A DNA stretch of 64,000 nt from Acidobacteriota bacterium (GCA_965209055.1 OZ242374.1:4512001-4576000), one strand, 5' to 3'; positions 38,544-48,235 are shown, counted from the first letter of the stretch. Made by a program: numbers and translations. The notes: generated by a model not told the origin, from the letters alone.

Positions 38544-39491
38544 ATGAAACAGCATACCGTAGGCATCGACATCTCGAAAGCGCACCTGGACGCCCACCGG
38601 CTGGCCGACGGCCGATCCGCCCGGTTCGACAATGACCCGGCCGGCTTCCGGGCGCTGATCGATTGGATCGGAACTCCGGTCGAGTGCGTCGCCTACGAGG
38701 CCACCGGCCCCTATCACCGGAACCTCGAGGAAGCGCTGTGGAAAGCGAAGCTGCCGCTGTCGAGAGTGAATCCCTGGCAGGCCCGGTGTTTTGCTCAGGC
38801 GACCGGGAGCCGCGCGAAGACCGACACCGTAGACGCCCGGATGCTGGCCCAGATGGGGGCCAGCCTGGATCCGCGCCGGACCCCGGCGCCGTCCAAGACG
38901 CAACGCCGGCTCCAGGAACTGCAGGGGTGCCGGGACGCGCTGATGCGCCAGCGCACGGCCGCGCTGAACCGCCGCGCCCATTTGCGCGATCCCCTGCCCA
39001 AGCGGCAGAACCAGACCCAGATCAACCTGTTCGAGCGCCAGGCGAAGGCCATTGACCGAAAAATGCAGCAACTGATCGCGGCCGATCCGGAGCGGGCGCG
39101 CAAGTTGGAGATCCTGACCTCCATTCCCGGGATCGCGGCCACCACCGCCGCGGGTCTACTGGCCGAGATGCCGGAGCTGGGCACCCTGAGCGGTAAGGCC
39201 GTCGCCAGTCTGGCCGGGTTGGCCGCCGTTCCTCGCGAGTCGGGGGCTTGGCAGGGACGGGCCTTCATCCGGGGCGGACGAGCGCGGGCGCGACGGCTCC
39301 TGTACATGCCGGCGGTGGCCGCCCTGCGCTGGAACCGCGACCTGGCCGAGGTCTATGGGAGACTGACCGGGCGTGGCAAGCCCGGCAAGGTGGCCCTGGT
39401 CGCCGTCATGCGCAAGCTCATCGTCCTAGCCAACACCCTGGTGAGTCAGGACCGCACCTGGTTGCCCGAAGCGCCCCGTGTGGTCTGCTGA
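38544..39491 (+). CDS. IS110 family DEDD recombinase
   Basis: GIDISK, YEATG, AKTDTVDA, SIPGI, RESG, GKPGKVALVAVMRKL. Confidence 0.95.
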   Translation: MKQHTVGIDISKAHLDAHRLADGRSARFDNDPAGFRALIDWIGTPVECVAYEATGPYHRNLEEALWKAKLPLSRVNPWQARCFAQATGSRAKTDTVDARMLAQMGASLDPRRTPAPSKTQRRLQELQGCRDALMRQRTAALNRRAHLRDPLPKRQNQTQINLFERQAKAIDRKMQQLIAADPERARKLEILTSIPGIAATTAAGLLAEMPELGTLSGKAVASLAGLAAVPRESGAWQGRAFIRGGRARARRLLYMPAVAALRWNRDLAEVYGRLTGRGKPGKVALVAVMRKLIVLANTLVSQDRTWLPEAPRVVC

Positions 39492-39837
39492 AGCGACGGA
39501 GCGAGATGAGGAGGAAAGGGGGCGTGACGGGTCCCCCGAGGAATGATCTGTAGAACTTCCGGTCAGGCCTGGCCGGAAGCTTGCTTACGGCCTTGAAAGC
39601 TCTTCACGCCCTGGGGAGCGTCGGGTCACCCGAAGGGCCGCAGCGAAGCGGAGGAGCCGTAGGCTTGACCCGAGGCTCCCCAGGGCGTACCCGCGCCCAG
39701 TGGACCGGACAGATCACGTGCCAACAGGAAACCGGACACCTCACTGACTAACGACCCGGGATGGAATCACCGATGAGAACCCACCCCTTGCAACATGGAT
39801 ACTCCCGAGTCCCCCACCGGAGAGCAGGAGGACCTCC

Positions 39838-41361
39838 ATGAATAGTCCGGGCGGCGGACTCGCAGCCGTGGACTGGGCGATCATCGTCCTCTACGCGCTG
39901 GGCACGGTCGCCTTGGGATATTTCTACGGGCGCCGTCAGAACAGCCTCAAGGAGTATTTCACCGGCGGCGGACGCATGAATTCCATCGTGGTGGGGTTCT
40001 CCATCTTCGCCACCGGCCTGAGCACCATCTCCTACCTGGCGGTCCCCGGCGAGGCCATCGGCAAGGGTCCGGGCGCCATGTTCAACAACTTCATGGTCTA
40101 TCCCATCCTCTACCTGGTCATCGGCTACGTCTTCCTGCCCCTCTACATGCGCCGGCGCGTCACCAGTGCCTACGAATACCTGGAAGAGACCCTGGGTTTG
40201 CGGATCCGGCTCCTGGGAGCCGTCATATTCATCTTTTCGCGTCTGATCTGGATGTCACTTCTCGTCTACCTGTCCGCCCGGGCCATGGTCGTCATGCTGG
40301 GCGTGGACGAATCGTGGGTGCCCGTCGTTATTCTGGTCACGGGATTCGTCGCCGTGCTCTACACGTCGGTGGGGGGGCTGAGAACCGTCGTCATTACGGA
40401 CACCCTCCAACTGACCCTCATGCTGGGGGGAGCCTGGCTCGTGATCGGGATCGTGACCTACCAACTGGGGGGCGTCACCTGGGTCCCAACCTCCTGGCAG
40501 CCTCATTGGGACCACCAGCCGTGGTTCAGCCTCGACCCGGCAGTCCGGGTCACCGTCTTCGGATCGGTGATTTACGTCGCCCTCGAGGGCATCTGTGGAG
40601 CCGCCTCCGACCAGACCCATGTCCAGAGATACATGGCCACGGGGAGCCTGAAGGCCGCCCGGCGCTCCATGATCGCCAATATTCTTGCGGGCCTCGCCGT
40701 CGTCCTCACTCTCTGGATCACCGGGCTCGCCCTTCTGGGGTACGTGCAGCAGGCGGCTCAGACGCTTCCTTCCCACATCAACGTCGGTCAGGGGGCCGAC
40801 AGTGTCTTTCCCTATTTCATTGCCTACGTGCTGCCTCCCGGCATCTCGGGTCTCGTGGTGTCGGCGATGTTCGCCGCCGGCATGTCCAGCGTCGACTCGG
40901 GCGTGAACTCCATTACCGCCGTGGTCAGCCGCGATTTCCTGCACCGTTTCGGGAGATTGCCGGCCAGCCGGCGCGCCCGGACCCGCCTGGCCAAGATCAT
41001 TGCGTTCTCCGTCGGGACGATCGTGGTGGTGGTCGGCTCCCTCATAGACAACGTGCCGGGAAACATCTGGGCGGTCGGCCAGAAGACGTCCGGGTTGCTC
41101 TCGACTCCCCTGTTCGGTCTCTTTTGTTTCGCCTTTTTCGTCCGCTTCGCGACCACTCTGGGAGTGGTCTTCGGCACCGTGACCGGCATCACGACGGCGG
41201 TCCTGGTGGCCTACTCCGGACCGATCTTCGGATTCGACCCGGAAACCGGATACGACCCGGTGAGTTTCATCTGGATCGGGCCATTCGCCTTGGCGGCGAA
41301 TCTGCTCGTGGGAATCCTGGTGAGCACCCTTCACCGGAAGCTCCGCCGGTCTGACGGTTGA
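39838..41361 (+). CDS. Sodium:solute symporter family transporter
   Basis: DWAIIVLY; YFTGGGRM; SAYEYLE; GGLRTVVITD; DQTHVQRY; FAAGMSSVDSGVNS. Confidence 0.92.
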   Translation: MNSPGGGLAAVDWAIIVLYALGTVALGYFYGRRQNSLKEYFTGGGRMNSIVVGFSIFATGLSTISYLAVPGEAIGKGPGAMFNNFMVYPILYLVIGYVFLPLYMRRRVTSAYEYLEETLGLRIRLLGAVIFIFSRLIWMSLLVYLSARAMVVMLGVDESWVPVVILVTGFVAVLYTSVGGLRTVVITDTLQLTLMLGGAWLVIGIVTYQLGGVTWVPTSWQPHWDHQPWFSLDPAVRVTVFGSVIYVALEGICGAASDQTHVQRYMATGSLKAARRSMIANILAGLAVVLTLWITGLALLGYVQQAAQTLPSHINVGQGADSVFPYFIAYVLPPGISGLVVSAMFAAGMSSVDSGVNSITAVVSRDFLHRFGRLPASRRARTRLAKIIAFSVGTIVVVVGSLIDNVPGNIWAVGQKTSGLLSTPLFGLFCFAFFVRFATTLGVVFGTVTGITTAVLVAYSGPIFGFDPETGYDPVSFIWIGPFALAANLLVGILVSTLHRKLRRSDG

Positions 41362-41456
41362 CACGGGTCGCGGGAGCAGGACTCTGGTAGACTTGGCGAA
41401 TATTGTCCGGGTCCGATTTGTCGACATCCGGACCCGATTCCGGAGAGAGGAAGAAC

Positions 41457-42614
41457 ATGAGAAAACACATGCGAATCTTGTTGGCGGCTCTACTGTTTTC
41501 CGGAGCCGCGCTGGTGGCCAACCACGGGACTCCGACGACCGAAGCGCTCATGCGTGATGCGGCGCAGGTCCTGACCCAGTCCCTGGACCGGGTCCAGCGG
41601 TCCTATACCCTGTTCCCCTTCGAGGCGGATCACCGGGCCGACTGGCATTACTTTCCCGAAGGAGGATTTACCCGGGTCCACGGCTACACCCGCAACGGCA
41701 TCACCTTCGGACAGATGAACCCCATGCAGAAACACCTGGCCAGCGGCCTGCTGGCTTCGGGATTGAGCCGCAGCGGTTTCGCCAAGGCGACCCGGGTCAT
41801 GAGCATGGAGGAGATCATCCGCGCCATCGAGGACGATCACACGGGGCACCGGGACGCCGAGAGTTTCCATTTCTCCATCTTCGGAACTCCTGGGGACGAG
41901 GGCAACTGGGGCTGGCGGGTGGAGGGACATCATCTCTCGCTGCACTACACGCTCAAGGACGGCAAGCTCATCTCGTCCAGTCCCACCTTCTTCGGAGCCA
42001 ATCCTCACGAAGTGGCCCAGGGAGCCCACAAGGGGATGAGAGTGCTGGAACGGGAGGAGGATCTGGCGGTCGCCTTTCTCAAGAGCCTGGATCCTGAGCA
42101 GCAGAGTCAGGCCATCTACCAGGAGGTGGCGCCCGAGGACATCCTGACCTTGGCCGACCGCCGGGCCGAGATAGAGGGCGACCTCAAGGGGCTGCCGGCA
42201 TCCAAGATGACGGAGGCGCAATATGAGGGTCTGATGGAGCTGATCGGTGAATACGCTGGCAACATGCCCCAGGAAGTGGCGGCCCGCCGCATGAAGACCG
42301 CTCGGGAAACGCCCCGTGATCAGCTCTACTTCGCCTGGGCCGGACAGATTGGACGGCCCAAACCGGAGGCCGTTCCCATCGGCGGCAGGACCACCGGGAA
42401 TCGGCACGCCAGGGGCAACTACTACCGGGTCCAGGCCCCGACCTTCCTCATCGAGTACGACAACACCCAGAACCTGAGCAACCACAGCCACTCGGTCTGG
42501 CGGGACTACGAGAACGATTTCGGCTTCGACGTCCTGGCGGATCACTACCGGAAATACGATCACGGGACCGGTGGAATCCACTGGGCTGTCCTGGATCGGA
42601 GTGACATCCCGTAG
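41457..42614 (+). CDS. DUF3500 domain protein
   Basis: WGWRVEGHHLSL; PTFFGANP; YYRVQAPTFLIEYDNTQN..NHSHSVWRD..NDFG. Confidence 0.88.
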   Translation: MRKHMRILLAALLFSGAALVANHGTPTTEALMRDAAQVLTQSLDRVQRSYTLFPFEADHRADWHYFPEGGFTRVHGYTRNGITFGQMNPMQKHLASGLLASGLSRSGFAKATRVMSMEEIIRAIEDDHTGHRDAESFHFSIFGTPGDEGNWGWRVEGHHLSLHYTLKDGKLISSSPTFFGANPHEVAQGAHKGMRVLEREEDLAVAFLKSLDPEQQSQAIYQEVAPEDILTLADRRAEIEGDLKGLPASKMTEAQYEGLMELIGEYAGNMPQEVAARRMKTARETPRDQLYFAWAGQIGRPKPEAVPIGGRTTGNRHARGNYYRVQAPTFLIEYDNTQNLSNHSHSVWRDYENDFGFDVLADHYRKYDHGTGGIHWAVLDRSDIP

Positions 42615-42651
42615 TAGAAGCGAAACTTCGAATCAAAGAGGAAGGACGGAA

Positions 42652-44109
42652 ATGTACAGAAGGACCGCAGTTCTGCTGTGTCTCTGGTCCGGAATGGCGG
42701 CGGCCGCTCCGCTGTCGGCCGCGGGCATCATCGGCGTCACTCGGGGTGGCGCCGATTTAAAGGTGCCGCCAACCGAGCCTGCCGACGCCACCTGGCGATA
42801 CGGCCTCGGCACCGCCCATCAGATCGGGCCTCGCCAGGCGGCTCTGTTTTGCGGCATCCGCCGCGAATACGGTCCCGGAGTCGATTTCGAGATCGGCACC
42901 GACGCGGTCCTGTTCGACGACCTCTCCGACGTGCGGGCCGAACGGGCCGTCGTCCTCTCTCGAAATCACCTCGAACCCAATCCCAACTCCGATCCTCCCG
43001 GAAGGCCGGCCGTCATGGTGAAGTATCCGGTCCAAGGCGGATTCATTCCCCTGGGGGCGAGGCGGGCAAACGGGTCCCCGTATGAACAAGGGGGAACCGG
43101 GTTCGGAGTGGCCAGCGCCATCGGCTGGCCGGCAGCCGATTCAGATGCGTCCGGCGACAAAGTCTGGCGCTTCGAGAATCCTCGGGGGGTCGAACCCTTC
43201 GGGGCAAACGAACAACACAGGTATTTCGAGGTTCAACAATACGCGTTCGACGGCGAGGCGTTCCGGGTGGTCGAGACCCGCAAGGTGGGCGAGACCGAGC
43301 TCGTTTCCGGCTGGCGGGTCACCAACCGCGGTCTGGGCCCGGCCATCCTTGACGGAGAAGACCTGATCATGGGAATGGTGGGGGCGCCTCTGGCGGCGAC
43401 CGGTTCCGTGCCGTCGAAACCGACCGGAGCGGTCCTCGTACGTTGGGAGCATCGGAACGGAAAATGGGAAGCGTCGGACATCATCCCCGTGACCGGAGGG
43501 GACAACTCCTTCGAGCCCAGCGTGGCGCGCGACCGGGACGGGTCCCTCCTCTTCTGCGTGCGCGGCGGCAAGGAGCCGGACCACAACGACGTACGCATCT
43601 GGCGTTCCCGGGATCAGGGCCGGAATTGGGAACAGATCATCTACGTCCGGGGGATCATCGGCAGCACGCCCATCAACCTCAACCCGGCCACCGACGGCAG
43701 CCTCTACGTCGCGTCCAACCTCTACCAGGTTCACATGCACCCCTGGCCCCACACCTACCGTCTCCCCCGGGACCGCCGGGGGAATCAACGGGGCGGCGGT
43801 TGGTTGCGCGAGACCCTGGCGCTGTGGCCTTTGCGGCCGGACCGGACAGGTCTGGAGACACCCATCATCGCCCGCGACTGCCGGAGTGAGTTCGGCACTC
43901 CTCCCGGAGGCTCCACCTGGAACGTCGATCACCCCATCGCCGTGAACCTGAGACTGCGGGACGGCCGCTGGCACAACGTCATGGTGACCCGGATCGTGGA
44001 GTACGGAGAGATTGTCCGCCAATTGGGCCCGGCTCCCCAGTCCGGAGCCTATCTTGAGGAGGTCCACTCCTCGGGCAAACCGGTTCCCGCCTGGCGATTC
44101 GAAGACTAG
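42652..44109 (+). CDS. Secreted sialidase-like/BNR (Asp-box) beta-propeller protein
   Basis: Signal peptide; FEPSV..DGSLLFCVR; WRSRDQGRNW Asp-box. Confidence 0.65.
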   Translation: MYRRTAVLLCLWSGMAAAAPLSAAGIIGVTRGGADLKVPPTEPADATWRYGLGTAHQIGPRQAALFCGIRREYGPGVDFEIGTDAVLFDDLSDVRAERAVVLSRNHLEPNPNSDPPGRPAVMVKYPVQGGFIPLGARRANGSPYEQGGTGFGVASAIGWPAADSDASGDKVWRFENPRGVEPFGANEQHRYFEVQQYAFDGEAFRVVETRKVGETELVSGWRVTNRGLGPAILDGEDLIMGMVGAPLAATGSVPSKPTGAVLVRWEHRNGKWEASDIIPVTGGDNSFEPSVARDRDGSLLFCVRGGKEPDHNDVRIWRSRDQGRNWEQIIYVRGIIGSTPINLNPATDGSLYVASNLYQVHMHPWPHTYRLPRDRRGNQRGGGWLRETLALWPLRPDRTGLETPIIARDCRSEFGTPPGGSTWNVDHPIAVNLRLRDGRWHNVMVTRIVEYGEIVRQLGPAPQSGAYLEEVHSSGKPVPAWRFED

Positions 44110-44462
44110 GAGCCTTGGTCGCGCCTAAGCAGCCCGCGGTAGAAGTCGTCACGGCAGTCGACCGTCCCTGCATCCCCGGCGGATTGGTTCCGTGACGACC
44201 GTAAACAATGTATCATTAAAGGGATATGTATTTTGCAGCCACGCTATCCCCCCATTCTTTCCACCTGAACGAAACGGATGCCCTTGACCTTACGTGGCCG
44301 TGGATGCACGTAAGCCTTCAGTCAAGCCGTGGCGCCCGTCCCGTGCAGAATGTGTGTGAGGTCTGGCAAGGCGATCTGGAATGCACTATCTCCAAGGGCA
44401 TGGCAATACAGAACGGCAACGGACGCAAGGGCGTGGCGCTAGTCGAGGGGCCGGAGGAGCCT

Positions 44463-44506
44463 CGGAACTGAAAGTCCGTTGTTCTGCCCAACTGAGCTAC
44501 GGACTC
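44463..44506 (-). pseudogene. Degenerate tRNA 5' half (Lys/Glu-like), possible att-site relic
   Basis: Minus strand GAGTCCG TA GCTC AGTTGGGCA GAAC A ACGGA CTTTCAGT TCCG; no T-arm or 3' acceptor strand. Confidence 0.45.
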
Positions 44507-44526
44507 GATTCGATCTTTTCATCAGG

Positions 44527-44760
44527 TTATCCCAATTCTTCCCTCGAATCATTTCCCCTCGTTTCCTGTTGCATTTGTAACTCTTCGTTAGCCTGTGCCA
44601 CCCCAATGCTCTGAAGTGCATGGGAATTGACGTACCTGGCATATCGCGTCGTCGTGCTGGTCGCCGAGAGTCCGATTAGCTTCTGCACTGTCCTCATGCC
44701 CACCCCCTGCATCAACCACTAGCTGCAGCGGAATCGCCTCAGATCGTAGCACAGGGGAGC
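44527..44760 (-). pseudogene. Tyrosine integrase C-terminal remnant
   Basis: YDLRRFRCS*WLMQGVGMRTVQKLIGLSATSTTTRYA resembles a decayed HxLR..LGH..TTxRY box. Confidence 0.65.
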
Positions 44761-45038
44761 ACGATCCAGTGACATACGGAGCGCTTGTACAGCTCGGCGG
44801 GCGGCGACCTGTGAAAAACCATCAGAGGGAAGAAATCTGGAGTCCTAGTCAGAATATTTGCAGATTTGGATGGGAAACGGGCTGCTGAAACGTTAACCGG
44901 CGGCAGAGACCAGATCGCCTGCACAAAGGAGCAGGGGGCGGGATGATAGTAGGGATGTTGGTCTCCGTCGTGGCGAACCCACTATGGGATCGAGCCGAAT
45001 AATATTTCGCTCACTTTCAGAAAGGAGCCAAAAAGACA

Positions 45039-45467
45039 ATGTACCTTCACGAGATCCTTCCGGTTTGTGAACCGAAAACATACAAGCTCCACTTCGCGGA
45101 GAACGACGGTTACGTAGCACCGGTCGATGTCTTTGCCAAGGATTGAACCGAATGGCAGGCTTGGCAAGAGTACCGGTGGTCGCCGGAACGCAACGAGTTC
45201 AACCGGCCCCTCATATTTGCTCTGGCCCACTTTTACTATTATTCACGTCCAGAAAAGGAGGCCTGGCTTTTTGGAGGCATCTTCCACGTCGTGGCACGTC
45301 ATGAAGCCAGCTACCAAGTCAAGTGGACGCGCCAAGCCGAGCCGTTCGTTGGCCGTCTCATACATCGACTCCCAGGCGGACACAATCTTTCCATACGCTC
45401 GAATCTCGAAACTTACTACCGACATTTTGAGGTTCTGGAAATTCTGAGGTAGCCGTACTCCGGGTAG
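45039..45467 (+). pseudogene. N-terminal part of a GIY-YIG nuclease-family gene with internal stops, truncated near the IS
   Basis: RBS AAGGAG; MYLHEIL..YKLHFA..VFAKD*TEWQAWQEY..NEFNRPLIF..WLFGGIF..FVGRL..EVLEILR*PYSG; TGA at 45144-45146; family from recall. Confidence 0.55.
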
Positions 45468-45524
45468 CGCCTGTTTCCCCCGCCCCCTCCGCTTAAAGAG
45501 CCAGCACACTGGACAAAGGCGTAT

Positions 45525-47001
45525 CAGCCCGTGGGAACACTCCGGGAATCAACGCCAGACCTCTGACATAAAATGACACTATGGTGAGGGATAGAAACCG
45601 TCTGGAGGACGGCAGCGAGGGATGTGCCTGGCGACTCAGAAACTGCCGCGGAGTCCGAGGCATCCCTTCTACAAGCGGTTGAACCAAGTGCTGGAGAATG
45701 CCGGTTTCGACCCCTTCGTGGAAGCGCGGTGCGCACGGTTTTACGCCGACGGGATCGGGCGACCGAGTCTGCGCCCGGGACGGTACTTCCGGATGCTGTT
45801 GGTAGGGTACTTTGAAGGACTGAATTCGGAACGGAGCATCGCTTGGCGAGTGGCGGACTCGATGAGCCTGCGCGCTTTTCTGGACTTGGATCCGGAGAAG
45901 ACGCCCCCGAATCACTCGACCGTGTCGTGCACCCGGCGACGGATCGATGTCGAGACGCACGGGGAGGTGTTCACCTGGGTGCTCAAGCAGTTGGCGCAAG
46001 CGGGACTGGTGCAGGGGAAGACGATCGGGGTCGACGCGACGACGTTGGAGGCGCACGCGGCGCTACGCACGCTGGTGCACCGGGACACGGGGCAGGACTA
46101 CGAGACGTTCGTGAAGGGACTGGCAAAAAGCTCGGGAGTCCCGACAACGACCCGGGAGGAGCTGGTTCGGTTCGACCGGAAGCGAAAGAAGAAGACGAGC
46201 AACCGGGAGGGGATGAATCCGCACGACTCGGACGCGAAGACCACGAAGCTCAAGGACGGGCGGACCCGTCTGGGGCACAAGGTGGAAGAGGCGGTGGACC
46301 TGGAGGCGGGAGCGGTGGTGGCGGTGACCGCACCGGAGGAGTTGGGCGATCCTCAGACTCTGGGGAAAACCCTCCGGATGGCGCGGGAGGAAGTGGGGGC
46401 GGTCGGGTCGGGCGCACAGGTCCGGGAAGTGGTGCCGGACAAGGGATACCACAGCAACGAGACGGTGCTGGAGTTGAAGGAACTGGGATTGCGAGGGTAT
46501 CTGTCGGAAACGGATCGGGACCGGCGCAACTGGAAGGGGAAGAACCGGAAGTACCAGGCGCCGGTGTACGCGAATCGGAGACGGATTCGTGGCCACCGGG
46601 GCCGCCGGATGCAGCGGTAGCGGAGCGAGTTGGTGGAGCGGCCGTTCGCGCATCGGATCAGGACGGGCGGGTTGCCCCGCATCTTCGTCCGGGGCCACGA
46701 CGATGTCCGGAAGCGATTGCTGATCCATGTGTGTGGTTTCAACCTGGGCCTGCTGATGGGCCATCTGACGGGGATCGGTACGCCCCGGAGTCTGCAGGAC
46801 CGCATCCGGGCGCGTCTTTTTTCGGTTCTTGGGGCGACAATGGGCTACTGGCTCGGCTGGAATCGACTCTCGGAGCGCTTCTGGGCGCCGACCGGGCCCG
46901 ATTCGCTGTTTAGGGCTCCTCGGACCCATCAACATACCATCTCCACGTCAGCTTGCCGAATGGACAATAGTCGGAGAAATCAGGACTTTTGCCACGGGCT
47001 G
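45525..47001 (+). mobile_element. IS1182/IS5-like insertion sequence
   Basis: Terminal IRs CAGCCCGTGGGAACACTCC (45525) and CAGCCCGTGGCAAAAGTCC (reverse complement ending 47001), 16/19 identical. Confidence 0.8.
45622..47001 (+). pseudogene. Transposase with in-frame TAG at 46618-46620
   Basis: HPFYKRLN; GRPSLRPGRYFRMLLVGYFEG; GVDATTLEA; DKGYHS; reads RRMQR*RSELVERPFAH in one frame. Confidence 0.82.
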
Positions 47002-47089
47002 TTAGCATGTCGGGCGGTGAGTAGCAGCTGGGACAAGTGCGGAGTCGATGATTGCACAGGACGGAGAACATAGTTGAGGTGGTCCAAAA

Positions 47090-48109
47090 ATGAGGAATAC
47101 CGAGACAACTGAAAACTTCACCGCTTTCTATACTTCGCGCCCCTTCTGGGCAGGTGATAAAATTGACTTTGGTACAGCTAGTGCAAACTTGCCATTCACC
47201 GAGCAAATGGCTCAGGTAGTCTTTTCATATGACACCAATCGTCTCCGTCTTCGAATCTGCAAAGACGGCATGGTGATGCCTCATGTTCCTAAGTTAGAGA
47301 CGCAAATCACGGGCGATGATCTCTCAATTGAGAATAAGGTTTCATGGTGGGGGCGGTATCTCGACTATCTTAATTGTCTGTACCTTCTATTGGACTCAGC
47401 TACAATTGAGGTGTCCAATCTCGCGTATTTTGAGCTATCGGAGATCACGAACAAAGACGCGTTCCGCGTCCGTTTTGAGGATGGCAGATGGGCAGGCGAG
47501 CAAATCGCCAGCGAGAGCCTTGCGTCCTATTATCAAATGGGAAGATTCCAAAGCCTTTATCCCGGAGGCCCGCGCACCGATCCGCGCATTCTCCGCCGGA
47601 TACCGTTAAGGAAAGAAATCTTCGACACTCTGTTTGCTAACGTTTCGATCGCAACAGAAAATACGTCCCTACTGAAGAGCTTGTCTTCTATTTCAAAGAG
47701 CATAGCGGAATACAAAGTGGGTAACTACGAGACCTCGCTAATGTTGAGTTGGTTTGTGTGTGAATCCAAATTGTCGACACAGTGGAGGATATTCCTAGAT
47801 GAGTCGAATAGAGACTATCCAGACGGATCTAAGCGCATTTCGAGTAGCCGTCGACAAACACTCACAGGGAGGGACTATCCGGTAAGCGTTGTTTCGAATG
47901 TATTAGAATTGTCAGGCAAAGTCCCATACAAGGCTTTCGAGCGCATCAATACCGTTCGACGCTATAGGAACAAAGTCGTACATCAGGACCCGGACTTTAC
48001 ATGTGGTCCGACACACTGCCAAGAAGCAGTGGAATTGGCGTTGAAGCTCGCATTGCAGGATAGTGGAATCCGGGTGCGACCAAATTTGAATTTCTCCGTC
48101 TCCACATGA
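47090..48109 (+). CDS. Hypothetical protein with C-terminal HEPN-like domain
   Basis: Intact low-GC ORF with RBS GAGG; SWFVCE followed by RRYRNKVVH (RX4H). Confidence 0.7.
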   Translation: MRNTETTENFTAFYTSRPFWAGDKIDFGTASANLPFTEQMAQVVFSYDTNRLRLRICKDGMVMPHVPKLETQITGDDLSIENKVSWWGRYLDYLNCLYLLLDSATIEVSNLAYFELSEITNKDAFRVRFEDGRWAGEQIASESLASYYQMGRFQSLYPGGPRTDPRILRRIPLRKEIFDTLFANVSIATENTSLLKSLSSISKSIAEYKVGNYETSLMLSWFVCESKLSTQWRIFLDESNRDYPDGSKRISSSRRQTLTGRDYPVSVVSNVLELSGKVPYKAFERINTVRRYRNKVVHQDPDFTCGPTHCQEAVELALKLALQDSGIRVRPNLNFSVST

Positions 48110-48235
48110 GTACGGAGTGTTCTAATACGGTAACCACCTTACAGCTGCCCCCTAAGAAGGGGGCCGGTGGCCAACCAGCCCCCGAAGAGGTTAGTTGAGA
48201 GGTGCTCAACGACTCAACGACCACGCGAGAAGAGA

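Larger units (their letters stand above)
38364..39803 (+). mobile_element. Complete IS110-family element inserted in a REP-like repeat (CT core at 38362-38363 and 39802-39803)
   Basis: Removing 38364-39803 restores CGGCGACAAGAACGTCGCCGCTCCC, the reverse complement of the REP-like unit; both ends match guides in the upstream non-coding region. Confidence 0.9.

Noticed and set aside
46618-46620. In-frame TAG (and TGA 45144, TAA 6733) as stop-codon recoding
   Set aside because: Three different stop codons, all in IS-adjacent or decayed DNA, while core genes use all three stops normally; nonsense mutation is simpler.
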